Source: a virus (lineage: Duplodnaviria > Caudoviricetes). From it: a stretch of 40,439 nucleotides of DNA. The position numbers were made by a program, and so were the translations under genes. Positions within the stretch are counted from its first letter, which is position 1. Each line of letters starts with the position of its first letter. Below, in pieces: positions 34,668 through 40,439 of the stretch. Where the stretch lies: the IMG/VR virus record IMGVR_UViG_3300032155_000017, positions 1 through 40,439 of that record, one strand, 5' to 3'. The notes under the pieces were generated by a model that had not been told where the DNA came from, made no database searches, and worked only from the letters and a program-made list of their open reading frames with translations.

Positions 34668-36842
34668 CTAGTTCTCGGTATGGGCGAGGGCCTTCCAGCC
34701 CGGCCACGCGATGCCTTCGTGCACGTAGCGGTCGTGACTGTCGGCGTACTCGAAGGTTTCGACGTACCGGCACAGCCACGGTTCATCCTTGTCCAGCCAG
34801 CGGTCCTTGTGGCGCATCAGCCATTCGTACCGCTCGTGCCCATGCGCGAAGCACGGGCGGGGTTGTTGTTCGGGGGCGGGGGTGCGCAAGGGCGCAACGT
34901 CCAGCGTGACGGAGGGGGCGTCGGGCGCGTCTGCCCGTGCGGGCAGCGGTTCACGCGGGGCAAGGCTGTCGGCCACCAGAGTGATGACGTGGGGCCGCTC
35001 GGCCTCGGGCAGCACAAGGGTTGCGCCGGGAGCGATGCGGTTGGCCTTGGCCTCCAGCCGCTTGAGTTGCGCGGCCTCCCGCTGGGCGCGGGCGGCTTCG
35101 ATGCGGGTCTGCTGGAAGTAGGGAATGCTGTTGCCGTCCAGCACGGCGTCGCAAATCTTGTGGCCGTCCATGGTCCAGACGTAGACCCGGCTGGCATCCC
35201 ACACGTCGTAGCGCACCATGACCGCGTCGCCGTGGTACGGGGCAAGGTCGTCGGCGTAGTAGATGCCGCCGCCGAAGCGCACCTCGCCGTTGCGCACGAT
35301 GCGGCGCTCTGCGGGCATGAAGAAATCGTTGGAGCAGGCGGCGGGAACGCGCACCGGCTCCCACCCCGTGGAAAGGAAGTGCTGCCATGCCTCGTCGGGC
35401 GACATGTGGCGGCGCGTGCCGCTGGCGTCGGTGGTCATGGGCAGCGCGCGGTGGGGCGTGGCGTTGTATTCGGCAACGCGCTCCAGCATGGCCGTCTTGA
35501 ATTCGTCCCACGTGGGCATCAGGGCCGTGCGCGCGCCGCGCTTCAGGGCGTCGCGGGTGATCTTGTAGACCTTCTTGGCCGCGTCCGCGTCCATGTCGCG
35601 GTGCGTGCAGGTGGCGAACCGCTTGGCCACCGGGTCGCAGAAGGTGGGCACGGCGCGCTCCATCAGGCCCTTGCCCTGCGGGCGACCAGGAATGGATGCG
35701 GCGCGTTCGATGCCGAGGCGGGCCAGCATCCCCGTTCCGGGGGCGGTCAGCAGCAGGTTGTCGTAGCCGGGGCCGTTGTCCGAGTAGAACATGGCCGGAA
35801 TGCCGCCGAACAGGCAGGCCATGCGCAGCGCATCCAGCACGCCCTGGGCGTTTTCCGCGTAGTTCAGCGAAATGCCCACGCAGCGCCGGGTGGCCACGTC
35901 CAGTACTATGGTGACTTCCGGCTTGAACGGCTGGCCGTTGTGCGGGTTGCGGATTTCGGCGTCGAAAGTGGTGCCGTCTGCCGTGTAGCAATCGCCGGGC
36001 AGCATGTCCTTTGTGGAGCGGCGCTTGTGCGGTTGCAGTTTCAGCAGGGCGTTGCCCGTCCTGCGGCCCCGCTCCAGTTCCGGCAGCGCCACCTTGGCCG
36101 CCCAGCGTTTTACCGCGTGGATGGACGGCGGCGTGCCCGTCAGCGTGCCGTCCGCGTAGGCGCGGCACAGGTCGCGGTGGGCCTGCGTCAGGGACGGCTT
36201 TTGCGGCAGACGGAAGAACGCGAGGAATGCGTCCGCCCACGGCGGCACCGTCATGTCCTTGGCCTTGTGCTTGGGCACCAGGGCGTCTTCGCCGCCCTTG
36301 ATGTACAGGGTGCGCCATGCGTACAGCCTGCGCCGCGAAAGGCCGCGCTTGTCGCCGCTGCCGAAGCGGTCGTTGGCGTCGCGCACCGCGCGCATCAGGT
36401 GCGCGGGCAGCGTGCCGTCCGCCGCGTCCTGCACCAGCTTCATGATGGCCGAGTCCACGCCCGTCAGCACGGCAAGGCGTTCCACCTCACGAATGAGGGC
36501 AAGGCGCGCCATGGCGATTTCGCGCTGGCGGTTGGAGCAGTGCTTCAGCGGGGACATGCGGGCGGCGATGGCCCGGCGCGGGTCGGCGGCATCAAGCGGC
36601 GGCAGCGCGGGCAGGTTCTTTTCCGCCTCCTGCGCCGCCGTGCGCAGCATCCCGTCCAGCAGGGCCTTGCGCGTGGTCTTGGGCATGGAGGCAAGCAGCC
36701 ACTCGTTGCCGCCGCCGCGCCCCTTGCGGGGGCGGGAAGTCCAGCCTTCACGGCTTGCGCGCCGTATCACCGTGGACTCGGAACTGATTCCGAGCAGGGG
36801 CAGCAGGTCGCGCGTCGTGTATGCTTCTTTCGGGGATGCCAT
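34668..36842 (-). CDS. MuA: MuA-like DDE transposase
   Basis: N-terminal Mu HTH (RASREGW...GRGGG.EW); ADGTTFD, YSDNGPG, PQGKGLMER; YNATPH; Mu transposase C-terminal region. Confidence 0.93.
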   Translation of the reverse strand: MASPKEAYTTRDLLPLLGISSESTVIRRASREGWTSRPRKGRGGGNEWLLASMPKTTRKALLDGMLRTAAQEAEKNLPALPPLDAADPRRAIAARMSPLKHCSNRQREIAMARLALIREVERLAVLTGVDSAIMKLVQDAADGTLPAHLMRAVRDANDRFGSGDKRGLSRRRLYAWRTLYIKGGEDALVPKHKAKDMTVPPWADAFLAFFRLPQKPSLTQAHRDLCRAYADGTLTGTPPSIHAVKRWAAKVALPELERGRRTGNALLKLQPHKRRSTKDMLPGDCYTADGTTFDAEIRNPHNGQPFKPEVTIVLDVATRRCVGISLNYAENAQGVLDALRMACLFGGIPAMFYSDNGPGYDNLLLTAPGTGMLARLGIERAASIPGRPQGKGLMERAVPTFCDPVAKRFATCTHRDMDADAAKKVYKITRDALKRGARTALMPTWDEFKTAMLERVAEYNATPHRALPMTTDASGTRRHMSPDEAWQHFLSTGWEPVRVPAACSNDFFMPAERRIVRNGEVRFGGGIYYADDLAPYHGDAVMVRYDVWDASRVYVWTMDGHKICDAVLDGNSIPYFQQTRIEAARAQREAAQLKRLEAKANRIAPGATLVLPEAERPHVITLVADSLAPREPLPARADAPDAPSVTLDVAPLRTPAPEQQPRPCFAHGHERYEWLMRHKDRWLDKDEPWLCRYVETFEYADSHDRYVHEGIAWPGWKALAHTEN

Positions 36843-36850
36843 GGCAGTCT

Positions 36851-37093
36851 CTAAGCGGCAGCGCGCGAATCAATATCGTGGGGCAGGCTCAACCAGCGTT
36901 CGGGGCAGCCGAGGTCCAGCAGCTTGCGCAGCACCCGCCGGTTGTTCCTCCGGCCCCATATGGTGCTGGACACCAGCGAGTTGTGGACGCCCAACTCTTC
37001 CGCGATGGCCACTTGGCTGATGCGCTTGCTGCGCAGCCATCCGAGAATGCGGTAGGTCTGACGCTGCCTACCGGTTCCGATTCGCCATTCCAT
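36851..37093 (-). CDS. Ner/Cro-like small HTH protein
   Basis: ISQVAIAEELGVHNSLVSSTIWGRRNNRRVL. Confidence 0.72.
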   Translation of the reverse strand: MEWRIGTGRQRQTYRILGWLRSKRISQVAIAEELGVHNSLVSSTIWGRRNNRRVLRKLLDLGCPERWLSLPHDIDSRAAA

Positions 37094-37532
37094 CCTCAAG
37101 CTCCATTTCGAGTTGCCGTACCGTCTTGCGGCGGCGTTTGGTTTCCCAGCACACGTGCCCGTAATCGCGAAGGCGCTTGTCCTCGGCGGTCATGACGCCG
37201 CAGCCGAGCAGCCCCAGCAGTTGCGACAGGGGTTGCACGCTGCCTATGGCAAGGCAGAAGACCTCCAGGGCCAGCACGGAAGGAAGGTGTTCGCGGTCAG
37301 CGGGATTGAGCCACTTGTCGAGCGTGGCAGAGGACAATTGACGGGCGTTGCCGGTGGTCAGCCTGACACCCGCTTCCGACGCCATGGCGTTCATGCGGTC
37401 CACAACCTGCGCGCGGGAAAGCCCGCACGAGGCAAGGGCGCGCTGCATGGACGCCTTCAGCGTGGCATTCAGCCCGGCAAGGCGGGCCGCCTTGTCGTCG
37501 AAAAGCGAGCACTGGATCGCAGTCACCGGCAA
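37068..37532 (-). CDS. CII-like phage regulatory protein
   Basis: LSRAQVVDRMN...LSSATLDKWLNPADREHLP...FCLA; start uncertain (TTG). Confidence 0.65.
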   Translation of the reverse strand: MPVTAIQCSLFDDKAARLAGLNATLKASMQRALASCGLSRAQVVDRMNAMASEAGVRLTTGNARQLSSATLDKWLNPADREHLPSVLALEVFCLAIGSVQPLSQLLGLLGCGVMTAEDKRLRDYGHVCWETKRRRKTVRQLEMELEDGMANRNR

Positions 37533-37658
37533 CCGTCCGTCTGTTTCTGGGTTTACCGTCCGGAATCTCTAACGCTCCGGACGTTGACCCGTGCAGGCCG
37601 GGCGGATAAGGTCAACTTGCTACGGTGAAACCTTTACCGCCCCGCAGCTCCGTTTTTA

Positions 37659-37965
37659 TCCAAACGGTATAGAAAGTCAACGCCGAATGGCGCAAAACTT
37701 TCCCGTTCGGGCTTTGCGAAGCTTCGGGAAAACATTCCAAACGGTTAAGTCTGGCCGCGCGCAAAAGTCGGCGCGGTCAAGCCTTGCAAAAGTTTGGGAC
37801 TGGAAGTTTTGCGTATGATTGGCAAGCGAATCGAAGAATTGCGGGGCAAGATTTCGCGTGAAGCCTTTGCCGCCGAACTTGGCGTGCATGCCCAGACCTT
37901 GGCGCGCTATGAGAAGGGCGAACGCCTTCCCGACAGCACATTTCTGGAAAATATATCCAAACGGT
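37659..37965. promoter_or_regulatory. candidate operators TCCAAACGGT (3 copies)
   Basis: exact copies at 37659-37668 and 37736-37745 (divergent intergenic region) and 37956-37965 (inside the repressor gene). Confidence 0.45.
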
Positions 37966-38531
37966 TCAGTGTGGCCCCGGCATGGCTGCTCCTGGGCGAA
38001 GGGCCGATGCACGGTGCCGAGCGGGCCGCTGGCTTGAGTACGGGCACGCCCCCTCCGCCTCCAGTGCTGACGCCCGTCACGAGTGAGAGTCACGTAATAG
38101 AATGCGCGGACTGCCAGATCATGCTGGTGCCCATGGTGGAGGCGAGGTTAAGCGCGGGCACCGGCAGCTTCGAGACTGGCGACGATGTGGAACGGCGCTA
38201 CGCCTTTCGCACGGACTTCCTCATGCGCAAGGGGCAGCCGTCAGCCATGGTGCTGATGCGGGTGACCGGCGACAGCATGGAGCCGGACATCAAGCACAAT
38301 GACGCGGTGCTTATCGACCAGAGCCAGCGTGTTCCGCGCCCTGGCCTGCTGTACGCCGTCGGCGTTGAAGATCTGGTCTACCTCAAGTCTGTGAACGCCG
38401 AGCCGGGCAAGCTGGTCCTTTCCAGCTACAACCCCGACTATCCGCCGATTGAAGTGGACGCGCGAGGCGACTTGTCCAACGGAATCCGTATAATTGGTCG
38501 TGCTGTATGGGTAGGTCGTGAATTGAACTAA
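37815..38531 (+). CDS. CI-like repressor: XRE HTH plus S24 peptidase
   Basis: SREAFAAELGVHAQTLARYEKGERLP; LSAGTG cleavage site; VTGDSMEP (Ser); YLK (Lys); IIGRAVW. Confidence 0.92.
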   Translation: MIGKRIEELRGKISREAFAAELGVHAQTLARYEKGERLPDSTFLENISKRFSVAPAWLLLGEGPMHGAERAAGLSTGTPPPPPVLTPVTSESHVIECADCQIMLVPMVEARLSAGTGSFETGDDVERRYAFRTDFLMRKGQPSAMVLMRVTGDSMEPDIKHNDAVLIDQSQRVPRPGLLYAVGVEDLVYLKSVNAEPGKLVLSSYNPDYPPIEVDARGDLSNGIRIIGRAVWVGRELN

Positions 38532-38558
38532 CCGCTCAATCTTATTTGGGAGTGTGTA

Positions 38559-39011
38559 ATGTCAGAATACAAACTCGCCGAAGAAATTGTGGCATTAAGC
38601 GAATCGGACAACTGGCAAGATGCAAAGCATGAGTGGAAACTTATTCACATATGCTATGAAGATGAGCCAGACACATGCCTATGCGGTCATTTTCCAATAA
38701 AAGAACTATGCTTTCTTAAAAACAAAAAAAATGGCAGGGAGACTTTTGTTGGAAATTGTTGTGTTAAAAAATTTCTTGGAATATCAACAGGAACACTATT
38801 TACGTCACTTAGAAAAATTAAAAACGATCAAGACAAATCACCATCAAAAGATCTGATACGCCACGCTCACGTTAATAGATGGATAAACGACTGGGAAAGA
38901 AATTTTGCCATTGATAATCTTAGAAAAAGAAATTTGACAGGATTTCAAATTGCAAAGCGCAGAGAGATAAATCGAATCATAATTCGAAGAGCCATTAAAT
39001 CATCCAGTTGA
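38559..39011 (+). CDS. AT-rich hypothetical Cys/His-rich protein downstream of the repressor
   Basis: GGGAG RBS; AKHEW, TCLCGHFPI, FVGNCCVKKF; low GC. Confidence 0.75.
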   Translation: MSEYKLAEEIVALSESDNWQDAKHEWKLIHICYEDEPDTCLCGHFPIKELCFLKNKKNGRETFVGNCCVKKFLGISTGTLFTSLRKIKNDQDKSPSKDLIRHAHVNRWINDWERNFAIDNLRKRNLTGFQIAKRREINRIIIRRAIKSSS

Positions 39012-39076
39012 ATTGTGTTTTATCCGTTAGCAGATGCGGAACTAACCCCAAAAGCCACGTGGGTGCGGTAGAAATA

Positions 39077-39116
39077 AAGACAAACGGGCGGTCCGAAGGG
39101 TCCGCCCGTTTGTCTT
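39077..39116 (+). terminator. long hairpin terminator of the repressor operon
   Basis: AAGACAAACGGGCGG...CCGCCCGTTTGTCTT, perfect 15-bp stem. Confidence 0.7.
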
Positions 39117-39134
39117 CCATGCCTGTGATGATCC

Positions 39135-39296
39135 GTGCCAATCGGCGCACACTCTTCTGTGCATTTCTTCCAAAAGTGCCCAAAACGCTGCGCGCTAGAT
39201 TCGGCACTAAATTTTCTTCAAACGCCTTGCGGCGCAAGGGCCAACGGCACACGAGCATGCTTCACCCCGTTGTGCCAATCTGAATGCCTCCCCGGT
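39135..39296. repeat. prophage left end (attL) with GTGCC-AA-type transposase-binding-like motifs
   Basis: GTGCCAATC at 39135 and 39272, GTGCCCAAA at 39176, inverted GGCAC copies at ~39203 and ~39246. Confidence 0.6.
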
Positions 39297-39413
39297 GAAA
39301 AGGTGCGAACAAAGGGAGCGTGATTTCAAGGGATAATGCGGATTGGCATTTCCCCTTTAATTCAGCTATGGTAGCAAGGTATTGGCACGCCAGACATGCC
39401 GAAGGGGCACTTC

Positions 39414-40439
39414 ATGAGCCAGCAGTACCAGCCGCCTTTCTCCATCACCCCAGCCATCGTCACTCTTGTCGGCCGGATCAGCGAAGCCGTGGGGCGGTTG
39501 ACCATTCTCCGCGAACAGGCGGCGTCACTCCGGTTGCGGCGTATCAACCGTATCCGCACCATACGCGGGTCGCTCGCCATAGAAGGCAACCAACTCAGCG
39601 AAGCGCAGATCACCGCCATTCTCGATGGGAAACGGGTCATCGCGCCTCCCCGTGAAGTTCAGGAGGTGCGTAATGCCCTTGCCGCGTATGAGCGTTTCGA
39701 TGACTGGAACCCTGTCGTCGAAAAGGATCTGCTGGAAGCGCACGGAATCCTGATGTCCGGCCTGATCGACGAGGCAGGCAGCTACCGCCGGGGTGGCGTC
39801 GGCGTGTTGGAAGGTTCCCACGTTATCCACCTGGCTCCCCCGGCCGACCGGTTGCCTGCGCTTATGGGCGATCTGTTTCACTGGTTGGCGACCAGCGATG
39901 CCCACCCGTTGGTTGCAAGTTCCGTGTTCCACTACGAATTCGAATTCATCCATCCCTTCGCCGACGGGAATGGCCGCATGGGGCGGTTGTGGCAGAGCCT
40001 CATTCTGGCCCGTTGGAACGGGTTGTTCGCCGATCTCCCGGTGGAGAACCTGATCTTCGCGCATCAGGCCGAGTACTATGAGGCGTTGCAGGAAAGTACG
40101 CGACAGACGGACAGTGCCCCCTTTATCGAGTTCATGCTCACGATGATTTTCGATGCCGTGATCGCGTCCGTTGCTCCAGATGCCCCCCAAGTCGCCCCTC
40201 AAGTCACCCCCCAAGTCGGGCAGCTATTGCAGGCCATACATGGCGAAATGTCCCGTGAGGAGTTGCAGGATGCACTTGGTCTGCAAGACCGCAAGTCTTT
40301 CCGGGAGCGCTATCTCAAGCCGGCCCTGGCGGACGGGTTCATCGAGATGACCGTTCCCGAAAAGCCCAATAGCCGCTTGCAGCGGTATCGACTGACGGAC
40401 AAGGGGCACCAGTGGCTGCAACTCCGTCGTGAAGGGTAG
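39414..40439 (+). CDS. fic: Fic-domain protein with C-terminal wHTH
   Basis: HYEFEFIHPFADGNGRMGR Fic motif, GSLAIEGN, xPQV linker repeats, PEKPNSRLQRYRLT C-terminus. Confidence 0.92.
   Translation: MSQQYQPPFSITPAIVTLVGRISEAVGRLTILREQAASLRLRRINRIRTIRGSLAIEGNQLSEAQITAILDGKRVIAPPREVQEVRNALAAYERFDDWNPVVEKDLLEAHGILMSGLIDEAGSYRRGGVGVLEGSHVIHLAPPADRLPALMGDLFHWLATSDAHPLVASSVFHYEFEFIHPFADGNGRMGRLWQSLILARWNGLFADLPVENLIFAHQAEYYEALQESTRQTDSAPFIEFMLTMIFDAVIASVAPDAPQVAPQVTPQVGQLLQAIHGEMSREELQDALGLQDRKSFRERYLKPALADGFIEMTVPEKPNSRLQRYRLTDKGHQWLQLRREG

Larger units (their letters stand above)
2583..39296 (-). mobile_element. Mu-like transposable prophage (contractile tail), ~36.7 kb
   Basis: Complete Mu-like gene order; left boundary TGTACGCG... 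with GTGYCAA-type end motifs; GAAAA at 2578-2582 and 39297-39301 as candidate 5-bp target duplication. Confidence 0.9.

Overview
High-GC window, probably from a Desulfovibrionaceae-like host (inferred from composition and gene style only). It is dominated by an apparently complete ~36.7-kb Mu-like transposable prophage (~2583-39296, mostly minus strand, flanked by a candidate 5-bp duplication GAAAA). Gene order from right to left: S24-type repressor, CII-like, Ner-like, MuA, MuB, early accessory genes, GemA, Mor/C, lysis, terminase, portal, MuF, gpG, protease/scaffold, capsid, contractile tail, baseplate, fibre, Com, and a DNA methyltransferase in place of mom. The prophage sits just downstream of a tRNA-Arg(TCT) 3'-fragment att site belonging to a separate tyrosine-integrase island (left), and upstream of a Fic gene (right). 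The most striking non-protein signals are: (1) two type II hammerhead ribozymes bracketing one small early gene, predicted to release a ~347-nt coding RNA; (2) a compact, possibly pseudoknotted RNA directly behind a MuF protein with a PBECR-like nuclease extension and no downstream immunity ORF; (3) three late-promoter-like elements with a 21-bp box, an 18-nt spacer and a -10 hexamer at a hairpin apex, two of them feeding apparently leaderless genes; (4) a multi-stem RNA next to com. Several AT-rich morons (tandem HIRAN, NDT/TIR-like, Cys-rich) are candidate defence genes.
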